This document shows positions 9,367-19,097 of a DNA stretch of 64,000 bases, piece after piece (the stretch's first letter is position 1; every line of letters starts with the position of its first letter). The stretch lies in assembly GCA_963783675.1 (NCBI GenBank), contig CAWAOU010000001.1, positions 15,905-79,904 on the forward strand, written 5' to 3'. The position numbers and the translations under genes are program-made. Source of the DNA: an uncultured Gammaproteobacteria bacterium. GTDB lineage: Bacteria > Pseudomonadota > Gammaproteobacteria > Competibacterales > JAHEDQ01. The notes beneath the pieces were generated by a model. That model was given only the letters and a program-made list of their open reading frames with translations, had not been told where the DNA came from and ran no database searches.

Positions 9367-10139
9367 AGGCGGATGGATGTTGGCCGGTACCACGTTGGCC
9401 CTGGGGATAGTCATGTTGGTCCACGCGGGACCGGTGGTCACCTCGGACATCGAACGCTCCCAGTTCGATCAGACGACCGACGTCATGACGCCACTTTCAT
9501 CGATCGAGAAGACACGCGCAGAGAGTTGGAATCTCTCCAACATCGAGTGGCGCCGCTACCGGCACTTGATGGAGGGGATTCGCGGCAGCATCAGTCCGGC
9601 AACCCTTTCCCCCGTCGAGGTGTTGGGTATCCATGCCCGAGATGAAGGGGAGCGCCAGAGCTATGCCGAACGCTGGGCGCGCATGATGCGCGACGATGCC
9701 GAAAGGATCCTTGCGTTTCAGCATGCCTACGATCAGGCATGGCGGCGGCTCTTCCCGGCGGAACCGCTCATTGACCCTGCGCAGCGACCAAGAGCCGAGG
9801 CGGCCGACGCGGCGCTGCAACCCAATGATCGCGTATTGTTCTTCACCCGGCCCGACTGCGCGAGCTGCAACGTACTCCTCCAGCGATTACTCAAGCGGAC
9901 CGACACCCTGGCGGGGATCGATGTCTATCTCCTTGGATTATCGCCCGACGATGACAACGCCGTCCGAGACTGGGCCGAACAACAGTATGATCGCGCCGCG
10001 CTGGGTGCGCAGTCGCCGGGTCACGCTCAACCACGATGGTGGCGCGCTGTCTGAACTGACCCAGGGAAAGGGTGACGTGCCCTATCTGCTGCGCCGGCGC
10101 GGTGACGTCCTGGCCGTGCTGTCAGCGTCGGCACTGTGA
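9347..10139 (+). pseudogene. ICE protein, PFL_4693-like (TIGR03759-like), single frameshift near 9985
   Basis: ORF 9347..10054 matches 2518..3297 through ...FFTRPDCASCN...VRDWAEQQ. The conserved tail (IAPRWVRSRRVTLNHDGGALSEL...PYLLRRRGDVLAVLSASAL) is in the frame of ORF 9696..10139. Confidence 0.65.
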
Positions 10140-10684
10140 GCATGTTGCGTCGACCGCCCTGGGTTCTCTTTGCGCTGCTCTCGCTGGGATTGGCGTCTCA
10201 TCCGTCGGTCCATGCATCGGTCCCGGTCGGCTACCAACAGGTGGCCGACGCCTACGATCTCCCCGCCGAAGTCCTGTACGCCGTAGCCCTGACGGAATCT
10301 GCCCGTCGGGTCGACAGTACAGGCAACGTTCGCCCCTGGCCCTGGACGCTGAACGTCCGGGGCAGGGGGCACTTTTTTGCATCACGGCAGGAGGCAGAAG
10401 CGGCCTTGCAAGGCCTGCTCGACCAGGGGCGGACATCTGTCGACATTGGGCTGATGCAGGTGAACTGGCGGTATCACGGACAACGCCTCGGGAGCCCAAA
10501 GCGCGCACTCGATCCCTATCACAACCTGCGGGTGGCGGCGGAGATCCTGCGCGATTGCCACCAGAGCCGCCAAGACTGGTGGGCGGCCGTGGGTTGCTAC
10601 CACGCGCCCAACCGTCCGCAGCGGGCGGCCCGGTATCGGGCGCGGGTGCGCGCGCACTGGCAACGCGTTACCCAACGGGGTTAA
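10136..10684 (+). CDS. Lytic transglycosylase (SLT domain), intact copy
   Basis: Signal peptide MSMLRRPPWVLFALLSLGLASHPSVHA. Contains LYAVALTESARRVDSTGNVRPWPWTLNVRG...DIGLMQVNWRYH...WWAAVGCYHAP. Confidence 0.85.
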   Translation: MSMLRRPPWVLFALLSLGLASHPSVHASVPVGYQQVADAYDLPAEVLYAVALTESARRVDSTGNVRPWPWTLNVRGRGHFFASRQEAEAALQGLLDQGRTSVDIGLMQVNWRYHGQRLGSPKRALDPYHNLRVAAEILRDCHQSRQDWWAAVGCYHAPNRPQRAARYRARVRAHWQRVTQRG

Positions 10685-10694
10685 GGAGGCGGGC

Positions 10695-11249
10695 ATGGCA
10701 ATCCGTCGAGTTAACACCAATCGTGTGTTGGGCAAGGCCTTGCTGATCTTGATACTCGCGGCGCCATCCCTGGCTTTTTCTGCACTGACGGTGATCTACG
10801 ACAGTGGTAAGACCTATCCCTTAGCCCCCTTTCTCGAGGTGTTCGACGAGGAACCGAATCAAGGGAATAGGTCACAGGCAAGTCCGACTCCACCGAGACC
10901 GCCGCCCTTGGGTGCCGCGGATCTCGAGCGGATCCTGCCGATTCAGTCGCCGGGACTTATGCCGGGGAGGGTGGAACCGCGGGCCGTACAACGGCCTTTC
11001 GCTCGACCGTTCTTTCTCATCGGCGCCGACAGCTTTTCCAGAGAATGGCTCGCTACCCACCGCGATCGACTCGCCGAGATCGGGGCGGTCGGGATGCTGG
11101 TCGAGGCAGAGACGCTCGACGATCTGCGCGCGATAGCGGCGATCGCCGAAGGGCTGCCGATTCTGCCGGCCTCGGCCAACGACATTGCCGAGGCCTTGGG
11201 TCTGTCGCATTACCCGGTGTTGATTACCAAAGATGGCCTCGAGCAGTGA
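10695..11249 (+). CDS. ICE protein, PFL_4695-like family (TIGR03765-like), intact copy
   Basis: 184 aa, N-terminal signal/TM. Contains VIYDSGKTYPLAPFL...FFLIGADSFSREWLATHRDRLAEIGAVGMLVEAETLDDL. The stop overlaps the traD GTG (GTGA at 11246-11249). Confidence 0.7.
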   Translation: MAIRRVNTNRVLGKALLILILAAPSLAFSALTVIYDSGKTYPLAPFLEVFDEEPNQGNRSQASPTPPRPPPLGAADLERILPIQSPGLMPGRVEPRAVQRPFARPFFLIGADSFSREWLATHRDRLAEIGAVGMLVEAETLDDLRAIAAIAEGLPILPASANDIAEALGLSHYPVLITKDGLEQ

Positions 11250-13400
11250 GCCGCCACCCCGTCGAGGCGTTGCTGCGTCCGCCGGTCGAACTCTGGTCGG
11301 CGGTTGTCGCACTCGCGACGGCCGGCATCGCGGTGCTCGCTCCCTGGGCACTGATGATGCCCCCGGGCGTGGCCTACGGTGCGGCTTTGGTCTTGGCCTT
11401 GCTCGGACTCATGCGTTGGCGCCAGGCCTGGCGGGTGCTGACCTACCAGCGCAACCTGCGCCGACTGCCCACCTACCGGTTGCGCGCGGACCAGATGCCG
11501 GTGAGTCGGAGGAAACTCTTCCTCGGCCGGGGCTTCCGTTGGACCCAGAAGCATACCCAGCGCCTGCGTGACACCCTCCGCCCGGAGGTTCAACGTTACG
11601 TTCAACCTGGGTCGCTTTATCACTGGGCCCGCCGCAAGGAGGTGGCCTGGGAAGAGACACTGCTACTGAAACAGGTGGCAGCCGGGCTGCGCAGCCGGGC
11701 CTGGTGGAATCCGCTCAAGCCCCTGCCACCGGTCGGTGGCAAGCCCGCACTGCACGCCGTGGAGCCCGAAGAGCAGGATGTCTGGATGGACATCGGTGAG
11801 CGCGTCGGCCATACCCTGGTGCTGGGCACCACACGGGTCGGCAAGACCCGGCTGGCGGAGATCCTGATCACCCAGGACATCCGCCGCGGAGATGTGGTGA
11901 TCGTCTTCGACCCCAAGGGCGATGCAGATCTGCTGCGCCGGGTCTATGCGGAGGCCAAACGGGCCGGACGGGAGAAAGACTTTTACCTGTTTCATCTCGG
12001 CTATCCCGAGGTGTCCGCGCGCTACAACGCCATCGGCAGTTTCTCCCGGATTACCGAAGTCGCCACCCGCATCGCCAACCAGCTGCCGAGCGAAGGCAAC
12101 TCGGCGGCGTTCAAGGAGTTCGCGTGGCGCTTCGTCAACATCATCGCGCGCGCCCTGGTGGCGCTGGGCCGGCGTCCGGACTACCAACAGGTCCGCCGCT
12201 ACATCAACGACATCGAGCCGCTGTTCGTCGAGTACGCCCGCGAGCACCTGCGGCGGCACGGGCAGGAAAACTGGGCGGGCGAAGTCGAGGAGATTGCCGC
12301 CAAGATCAGTGAGCGGAATCTCTCCTCGGCGCTGAAGGGGCGCGACCGGGACGCGATTGCGTTGATGCGCTACCTGCAGGCACAAGACCTCTACGATCCC
12401 GTCCTGGATGGACTGGTCTCGGCGTTCAAGTACGACAAGACCTACTTCGACAAGATCGTCAGCTCGGTCGGTCCGCTCATGGAGAAGCTCACCACCGGCA
12501 AGATCGCCGAGCTGATCTCCCCCAACTACCTGGATGCCGACGACAACCGGCCCATCTTCGAGTGGCTGGAGGTGATTCGGCAAAAGGGGATCGTCTATGT
12601 GGGACTGGATGCGCTGACCGACACCACGGTGGCGAGTGCGGTCGGCAACGCCATGTTCGCGGACCTGGTCTCGGTGGCCGGTCATATCTACAAGCACGGC
12701 GTCGAAGATCCGGGCGACAGCCCAAGCGGTGCGGTCCGTGACAGAGGGATCGTCAGCCATGCCGACCATCTCCCTGCACGCCGACGAGTTCAACGAGCTG
12801 ATCGGCGACGAGTTCGTGCCGCTCCTGAACAAGGCCGGCGGCGCGGGCTTCCAGGTGACCGCCTACACCCAGACCTGGTCGGATGTGGAGGCGCGGATCG
12901 GCAACCGGGCCAAGGCAGGGCAGGTGGCCGGCAACTTCAACACCCTCGTGATGCTCCGGGTGAAGGAGCTGGCCACCGCCGAGATGCTGACCGATCAGTT
13001 ACCCAAGGTCGAGGTGTTCACCCTGATGAGCGTGTCCGGCGTCGATGATTCCTCGGACCCCACCTCGGGCGTCGATTTCAAGTCGCGCAACGAAGACCGC
13101 ATCAGCGTCTCCGAGGTGCCGATGCTCACCCCGGCGGAACTGGTCGCCCTGCCGAAGGGCCAGGCGTTCGCGCTGCTCGAGGGCGGGCAGCTGTGGAAGC
13201 TGCGCATGCCACTGCCGGACACCCGCATGGACCCGGTCATGCCGGAGAGCCTGGCGGCGGTCGCCAACGAGATGGAACGGACCTACATCACCAACGATCA
13301 ATGGTACCGGCAGCGCGAGACCTGGTGGCATGCGGTGGCCGATGCAGCACCATCCGTTGAATCTCCCGCCACCTCCTCAGAAAAGAACGACGATGGCTGA
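11246..13400 (+). pseudogene. traD: ICE coupling protein TraD (PFGI-1/ICEclc class), single frameshift at ~12700-12760
   Basis: VSRHPVEALLRPPVELW...GTTRVGKT (Walker A)...VAGHIYKHGVEDPGDSP is in the frame of ORF 11045..13048. The conserved C-terminal part (PTISLHADEFNELIGDEFVPLLNKAGGAGFQVTAYTQTWSDVEARIG...) is in the frame of ORF 12636..13400. Confidence 0.8.
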
Positions 13401-14127
13401 GGCGGTCGCCGACCCGAGACGTCGCGAGGTCCGGCAGGGGCTGATCTCGACCGCGCTGACGACGCTCGCGCAGGGTGTGAAGTGGCTTTTGTTGGCGCTG
13501 CTGTTTTCGATACTGACCGAATGGGTGGGCATGGTTTTTTGGTGGCCGGAAGAAGGCCTCCAGCACAGCCGGTCCATGCTCGAGGCGGAGATCGGTTACC
13601 TGGATTCGGACTTTCGGCGCAGCGTCGTGACCTCGAGCCCGGCCGAGTTCGCCAAGGCCGTCGCCGACAAGACCTACTATGCCCTGTTTGAGTTCACGGG
13701 CTTCGCGGATTTCATCGCCTGGCTGTCGGCGCCACCGAGAGTCGACGAAGAGGGACTGCGACCGAGGCTGCACCGTCTTTACCAGCCCGTGGCCGAGTTC
13801 GTGATCGCGGGCATGCAGGTGACCCAGGTCTTTTCCGTACGCTTGGCCATCCTGACCCTCGCCATGCCGGTCTTCGTGCTGTTCAGTCTCGTCGCGCTGG
13901 TCGACGGTTTCGTCAAGCGGGATCTGCGCCGCTGGGGCGGGGGCAGGGAAAGCTCGTTCGTCTATCATTGGGCCAAACGTTCCGCGATGCCTTTGCTGGT
14001 CCTCAGCTGGGTGATCTACCTCGCCCTGCCATTCAGTCTGCATCCCACCTTCATCGTACTGCCGTTTGCGACATTGTTCGCGCTTAGCGTTGCCGTTACG
14101 TCGAGTACCTTCAAGAAGTACCTGTAA
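13393..14127 (+). CDS. ICE membrane protein, PFL_4697-like family (TIGR03747-like)
   Basis: MAEAVADPRRREVRQGLISTALTTLAQGVKWLLLALLFSILTEWVGMVFWWPEEG...RDLRRWGGGRESSFVYHWAKR; multi-TM. The start overlaps the traD stop. Last ICE gene before the module breaks off. Confidence 0.75.
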   Translation: MAEAVADPRRREVRQGLISTALTTLAQGVKWLLLALLFSILTEWVGMVFWWPEEGLQHSRSMLEAEIGYLDSDFRRSVVTSSPAEFAKAVADKTYYALFEFTGFADFIAWLSAPPRVDEEGLRPRLHRLYQPVAEFVIAGMQVTQVFSVRLAILTLAMPVFVLFSLVALVDGFVKRDLRRWGGGRESSFVYHWAKRSAMPLLVLSWVIYLALPFSLHPTFIVLPFATLFALSVAVTSSTFKKYL

Positions 14128-14248
14128 CGACGTAGCAATCAAATGAACGCGGTCGCCGGCCTCTGATACCAACGCACCAGGACTGGCACCGATCATCCGG
14201 CGAGCGCATCGGCCACTTACGCGGATCGAGTTAACGGCGGGTTACCGA

Positions 14249-14716
14249 TCAGGCCTTGAGCAGTCGCGGATCGAACACGAACGATTCTGGGCGCACGGTC
14301 TTCAGGGCGCGATCAAAGCGGGGATGCGCCGGGTTGATGAGAATGTTTTGTTGCGAAGGGATCACCACGCTGGGAACCGCTAGCGCCAAGGAGTCGTTAG
14401 AGGCGACCCATCCATCACCCACGTGTGCTGTCGACGACGGGGGCGGATCAATACGCCAGTCTTTGGGAAGATCGCGCGCGTCCAGAGACAAGAGGTCGGC
14501 ATTGCCAATTTCGATGCGGTAGAGACGATAGCTGTTGAGGATCTCGTGCGAGTGCAGGTGGATGAGCAGTTCCAGGGCGGCCAAGGCAATACTGTCGGCG
14601 GCATAGACGACCGCCACGCCTTTGCTGTTCCAGCGTCCCCCGCTGAGCTTGGCTCCCTCCCCGTCAAACGCCTGATCGGCATAGCGTGCCTTGACCAGGC
14701 GAAAAAACGTGGGCAT
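14249..14716 (-). CDS. RES-domain toxin (RES-Xre / ParT-MbcT type)
   Basis: 155 aa: FRLVKARYADQAFDGEGAKLSGGRWNSKGVAVVYAADSIALAALELLIH...LAVPSVVIPSQQNILINP. Paired with the upstream DUF2384-type antitoxin (1-nt TGATG overlap). Confidence 0.85.
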   Translation of the reverse strand: MPTFFRLVKARYADQAFDGEGAKLSGGRWNSKGVAVVYAADSIALAALELLIHLHSHEILNSYRLYRIEIGNADLLSLDARDLPKDWRIDPPPSSTAHVGDGWVASNDSLALAVPSVVIPSQQNILINPAHPRFDRALKTVRPESFVFDPRLLKA

Positions 14717-15204
14717 CAGGTGATGACGCCATGCTCGAGACGCAGGATCAAGTCGTGCACGGCCTCGGCGCCCGCCTCGGTATCCAGGTAGTCGATCGGG
14801 CTGCTACCGCCGAGCGCCTTTGCCGGCTCGTTCAGCCAGCGCTGGGCTGCTGTGCGCTCGCCCTCGAACAGTTGCAAGGCGCTCCGGTAAGCGGAGGCCA
14901 CGCGGTAGAGCCGGTCGCTTTCGTCCGGGCTCAGTCGTTTGGATTGACGTCGACGGGTGAGGGTGGACGAGGGTAGGCCGATGACCCTGCCCAGGGTGGC
15001 CTGGGAGGTGCCGATCTCGGTGGCGAGCTTACTGAACACGGCGACGGGTACCCCGATGCGCAGCACCCGGACCAGCTCCGAGCGGTCTGCCTTGATCAGC
15101 CCCAGGCGTTTGTAGACCTCACTGGGCGCGAACGTGGCCGCCGGCGCGGTCTTGGTCGACGCCTGCGGACGGTAGATGCGGTTTTCTGATTTCAGTGTTC
15201 CCAT
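14716..15204 (-). CDS. Xre-like antitoxin with DUF2384 domain (ParS/MbcA type)
   Basis: MGTLKSENRIY...VPVAVFSKLATEIGTSQATLGRVIGLPSSTLTRRRQSKRLSPDESDRLYRVASAYRSALQLFEGERTAAQRWLNEPAKALGGSSPIDYLDTEAGAEAVHDLILRLEHG. Confidence 0.8.
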   Translation of the reverse strand: MGTLKSENRIYRPQASTKTAPAATFAPSEVYKRLGLIKADRSELVRVLRIGVPVAVFSKLATEIGTSQATLGRVIGLPSSTLTRRRQSKRLSPDESDRLYRVASAYRSALQLFEGERTAAQRWLNEPAKALGGSSPIDYLDTEAGAEAVHDLILRLEHGVIT

Positions 15205-15239
15205 ATGGCGTAGTATAAAGCGCCATATGGAGATGTCCA
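15201..15239 (-). promoter_or_regulatory. Sigma70-like promoter with two CCATATGG operator palindromes; predicts a leaderless antitoxin mRNA
   Basis: Minus strand reads TGGACA-16 nt-TATACT. The 8-bp palindrome CCATATGG occurs at 15223-15230 (in the spacer) and at 15201-15208 (over the ATG 15204..15202). The -10 ends 7 nt before the ATG and there is no SD. Confidence 0.45.
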
Positions 15240-15268
15240 GTTCGGCAGCCGGCTCAGCGACCCCGCTG

Positions 15269-15505
15269 TCAGGGGTCGTAAAAAAGCACGTCGGGCCTTG
15301 ATGTCCTTTTCCACAGCGACCACAACCCGAACAGAAACCGATCCAATGCAGAGAGATTGGGCGCACGTCGCCGGGAACGATTGATAACGAGGAGCTGCTG
15401 CTTCATCAACAGGCTGTCGGCGACGACGGCCCTGGTACCACCGGGCCCCAGAAGTTTGGCGATCGTGGTCAATAAATGTGCAAGGAGTACCAGCAGGTCC
15501 TTCAT
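15269..15505 (-). pseudogene. N-terminal stub of a DDE transposase (integrase-core IS family); no catalytic domain
   Basis: MKDLLVLLAHLLTTIAKLLGPGGTRAVVADSLLMKQQLLVINRSRRRAPNLSALDRFLFGLWSL resembles, from memory, the conserved leader of rve-type IS transposases. The ORF stops after ~78 aa. Confidence 0.45.
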
Positions 15506-15640
15506 GGCGGCGCAGGGTAGGGGAGTTTGCACTCCGGAACAAGACTGCCGAAGTTGCCGTTTCTAAGTGAAAGTTAATAACTCGCCCCGCACAAGATTCG
15601 CAGGTACTCAATTGACTATCTGCGGTTTAACTGCCTATCG

Positions 15641-16210
15641 CTAAATCAGATCGATACGGTCGCTCAAAAAACTCGCGACCTGCGGCAGTCCTTGTTGCCG
15701 AATGGTTTCGACGAACGTTTCGCCGTCAATGACGGGATTGGTCAAATTCGCACGCTGAAATTTGGCAGCGCGTTCCAAGACCTGTGGTTCGAGATCTGCC
15801 AAGTCCATAATGAAATCGTCTGGATGAATGGCGAAGATATCAAATTCAGATAGGACAGCTTCGGGAAAGTCTTTGAGATTGGTTGTCACTATGGCTGCGG
15901 CGCCAGACCGGATTGCGGCTGCGAGGACATGGCGGTCATCGGGGTCAGGCAGGTCCAGCTGGTCAATGATGTGTTCGTAGCCGGTCACAAGACAATCCGG
16001 AACAGCCTCATTCATCTTGGTAATTGTTCGGGAAACTTGCTCTTTGCCAAGGTCCGGTCGATTAGCCAGAAGATTACGTGCCCATTCATCTTGGATTTGT
16101 TCGGTCCAGCGGGCACGAAACTTCCGCGTCAGCGCCAGCCACATGAGCAGGTCTCGCATTGGGGCCGGGTACAGGACACAGGCATCATAGATGACGGTGA
16201 AATTGGCCAA
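15641..16210 (-). CDS. PIN-domain toxin with C-terminal extension
   Basis: MANFTVIYDACVLYPAPMRDLLMWLA...DPDDRHVLAAAIRSGAAAIVTTNLKDF. Immediately follows its HTH partner (stop 16211, start 16210). Confidence 0.8.
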   Translation of the reverse strand: MANFTVIYDACVLYPAPMRDLLMWLALTRKFRARWTEQIQDEWARNLLANRPDLGKEQVSRTITKMNEAVPDCLVTGYEHIIDQLDLPDPDDRHVLAAAIRSGAAAIVTTNLKDFPEAVLSEFDIFAIHPDDFIMDLADLEPQVLERAAKFQRANLTNPVIDGETFVETIRQQGLPQVASFLSDRIDLI

Positions 16211-16663
16211 TCAGTATCCCAGCCCGAGTTCCTGTGCTTGTTTGGCCAATACCGCCATCGCTTCCTCGCTCTCAGCGTCTCTTTTCGCCATGTAGGCCAC
16301 GAGATCTTCGTATTTGATCCGGCGGTGACGCCCCACTCTTGTAAAGGGGATCTCTCCATTTTCTAAGAGTTTGACGAAGTAGGGCCGTGAAACGTTGAGC
16401 AGGTCTGCCGCCTGCTGGGTTGTGAGCGTGTAGCCAATGGGAACCAACGAGAAAGCATTGCCCTGCGCCATCTGATTTAGTACTTCGGCCAGGGTGCGCA
16501 TCGCCGCCATGGGGAGTACGATCTTTTCATCCCCGTCGTAAAGGCAAAGTTGTGCCTGGTCGCCCTTGCCGATAATCGCGGCGAGTCTGCGGCCCGATTC
16601 CCGTGCGAGTGCGATATCTTCGTCACTCGGCAGGGAGGGAACTTTGTTAGTAGACGTTGACAT
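16211..16663 (-). CDS. Helix-turn-helix (excisionase/MerR-like) antitoxin partner of the PIN toxin
   Basis: ...TTQQAADLLNVSRPYFVKLLENGEIPFTRVGRHRRIKYEDLVAYMAKRD. GAGGAA SD; the second ATG (16663) has better spacing than 16669. Confidence 0.7.
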   Translation of the reverse strand: MSTSTNKVPSLPSDEDIALARESGRRLAAIIGKGDQAQLCLYDGDEKIVLPMAAMRTLAEVLNQMAQGNAFSLVPIGYTLTTQQAADLLNVSRPYFVKLLENGEIPFTRVGRHRRIKYEDLVAYMAKRDAESEEAMAVLAKQAQELGLGY

Positions 16664-16701
16664 AGCCATTTCCTCTGCTTGAGGATAATCGAAGTGTAGC
16701 A

Positions 16702-16719
16702 AATATTCGAAATATTCGA
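16702..16719. promoter_or_regulatory. Tandem AATATTCGA x2 in the PIN-HTH promoter region (candidate operator)
   Basis: Perfect 9-bp tandem duplication ~40 nt upstream of the antitoxin start. Contains TTCGAA and AATATT palindromes. Confidence 0.3.
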
Positions 16720-16873
16720 AACGGTGTGTCGCTTCACTGCACGGTGATCCGCAAAAGCTGTGCGTGACTTTTGCGGGACTCAGTCCTGCATTGTTGTGCT
16801 TTGTCCTGCTTGCGTGACAACGGGCGTCCCGGCAAGTAGTTGATAAATAATCGGTTTTAGAGGCATTCGCGAA

Positions 16874-16918
<45 letters not shown>

Positions 16919-16956
16919 AATTTGTGTTTTAGAAACAATGGCTTGGAGAGTGATCT

Positions 16957-17863
16957 CTAGGCCGTTTTTCTTTTAAGCAAAGTCATTGCGTGACTTTTGC
17001 GTGACTGCACTGCACAAACACGATTTGCAGCTTCCAACAGTTCCTCAATCTCGGGAGCTGAGTAGTGCGACGTGATGTCGCCGTTACGGTGCCCGAGCAG
17101 TACTTTTCTGGTCTCCAGCGGTACGCCGACGGCTCTCAAACGCCTGCCGAAGGTGTGCTTGAGGTCGTGTGTTATCGCCGACATGAAAGCGCGGCTATGT
17201 GCCGCGGAGGTAGCCGGGGGTCGGGCGCCACTGCCCGCAGCGGTCCTTCGGCGTATCCGCTGAGCGGGGCTATACCTGCCGTCTAAAAACCCAGGTCGTC
17301 ATCAAAGGCCAATTCGATTTGCTGCTCATCGTAGTTCGGTCCGGTGTCGGCCGCCCGTAGCAGGTCGGTGATTTGATCGCCATAGGTTTCCCAGAGCTGG
17401 TCGCGCAGCAGGTCGAGAAACGCGATCACGGTATAGGCCTCGGCCGCATCCCAATGTGTAGGCAGGCGCGTGATGGAAAGGCTCATGGTGAGGGGTCTCC
17501 GGTGTCGGTCGCTTGGGGGCGGCGCTGGCGTTTCTTGGCGGGCAGTTTTCGCGCCGCCCGTTCTTTGGCCTCACGCATGCGATAGGACTCGCCTTACCTC
17601 TTTCCCGTCTCGTTGTCAGCCCATGCGCACCCGGCGACCGGCCAACGTTGAGCCAGCGCGGCGTCTCCTACGCAGCCATCGCCGATAGCGCCCTCAGCGG
17701 GCCGCGGCAAATAACCGCGGGAATTCGTCGGCACATACACCACTCGCCGAGTAAGGTCTACCTGAGACCATTCCAAGCCAGTCACGTTGCGCTCACGTAA
17801 GCCGGTCGTCAGGCTAAAACGTGCCCTTGCCATCGAGCAGATCGCGCGCCTTCTCATCTTCAT
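16957..17863 (-). pseudogene. int: Tyrosine integrase remnants (catalytic C-terminus plus Arg-I segment), interrupted
   Basis: 16957..17184 has ITHDLKHTFGRRLRAVGVPLETRKVLLGHRNGDITSHYS (HxxR, GH...Y). 17594..17863 has SLTTGLRERNVTGLEWSQVDL (Arg I). About 310 bp between them is unrelated and no N-terminal domain is present. Confidence 0.75.
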
Positions 17864-18347
17864 GTGCGTAGGAGTAGAAGACCTTCAACGGTGGTCGTTT
17901 CATGAGCTGATTGCGATCTCGAGAACGGGGCAAGCTGCGCAACCGTTTTGCGTAATGACGTCTCCCATGCCGGCCCATCTCCCAAAAATGACGGTGCTGT
18001 TCATTGAGGCGGCCTCACTCGTTCACGCTATGGCGCTTTCGGGAAAAAAACGGAGGTTCCGTGCCGCCCACGCCGCAGACGACGCTTGCCGGCTACCGTC
18101 ATTTGCCGCATGAGATTACGACAACAACCGCGCGATGACATACAGCGCTGCGATCAAGGCGGCCGCCAATATGCACGGAAACCAAATGAGCCAGAATTCT
18201 TCCATGGAGTCTTGCATCTCGAATCGCTTTCGTTGGTTGAATTTATAGCCGGTGGCGGTGTGTTTGGTAGGGAAAATGGCGCTCGACTATTCCCCCGGGT
18301 CACGTACTTCGTTGGTAAGCTGCGGTTTTCTACCGCTAACCTTGACC

Positions 18348-18911
18348 ATGTCAGAATCCGATCACACCCTGGACCAGAGTAATCCATGGCTAACGCATGA
18401 CTCCCGGGAAATCTACGAGAATCCGTGGATCCGCGTCCGCGAGGATCGCGTCACCAATGCTACCGGCTGCGACGGCATCTACGGCGTAGTCGAATACAAG
18501 AACCGAGCCGTGGGCGTCGTGCCCGTCGACGAGGAAGGCAATACCTGGATCGTCGGCCAGTATCGCTACGCCCAGGGTACCTACGAATGGGAAATACCCG
18601 AGGGAGGTAGCCCCGAAGGTGAGGATCTTCTTGCAACCGCCGCCCGCGAGTTGCGCGAGGAGACGGGCCTTATCGCTGATCGTTTTGAACTTCTGCTCGG
18701 GGAACTCCAGCTTTCCAACAGTGTGAGCAACGAGCGCGCTTGGCTCTATGTTGCTCATGGCCTCACCCAGGCCGAACTCGATCTTGATGACACCGAGCAG
18801 ATAGTTGTCCGTCGCCTCCCGCTGGTCGACGCGATCGCCATGGCCGAGCGGGGCGAGATCCACGACGCTATGTCGGTGGTGGCGCTGCTGAAATTGAAGG
18901 GTAGGGCGTGA
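18348..18911 (+). CDS. NUDIX hydrolase (ADP-ribose pyrophosphatase-like)
   Basis: Perfect Nudix box GGSPEGEDLLATAARELREETGL (Gx5Ex7REUxEExGU). The start MSESDHTL is chosen within ORF 18252..18911. Confidence 0.9.
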   Translation: MSESDHTLDQSNPWLTHDSREIYENPWIRVREDRVTNATGCDGIYGVVEYKNRAVGVVPVDEEGNTWIVGQYRYAQGTYEWEIPEGGSPEGEDLLATAARELREETGLIADRFELLLGELQLSNSVSNERAWLYVAHGLTQAELDLDDTEQIVVRRLPLVDAIAMAERGEIHDAMSVVALLKLKGRA

Positions 18912-19097
18912 GCGCATTAGAACCTTGGCCGCTTTGTGTTGATCTCGGATATGCGCTGATTACCCCGGCTATCCGCACAACCGGTGGTGTTGAAGGCGGG
19001 ATTTTCGGCCCGCATATAATGGCAACGGAGATATCAAGCGAGATCGCTGATCGGCACAAGTCGCGGAGGCCGGTTGGCTTTGTGAGGAGTATTCAAC

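Noticed and set aside
1-13400. Possibility that the inverted ICE arms are an assembly fold-back or chimera.
   Set aside because: The arms differ at roughly one residue in five and carry different indels. They are distinct sequences rather than one locus assembled twice.
16702-16719. Tandem AATATTCGA repeat considered as a mini-array or CRISPR-like feature.
   Set aside because: It has only two units, no spacers and lies in a TA promoter. It is kept only as a candidate operator.
18116-18205. 29-codon hydrophobic minus-strand ORF (MEEFWLIWFPCILAAALIAALYVIARLLS), considered as a type I toxin or KdpF-like peptide.
   Set aside because: It has no convincing SD, no antisense RNA features I can see and no match to KdpF/CydX patterns. 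It is too short to call.
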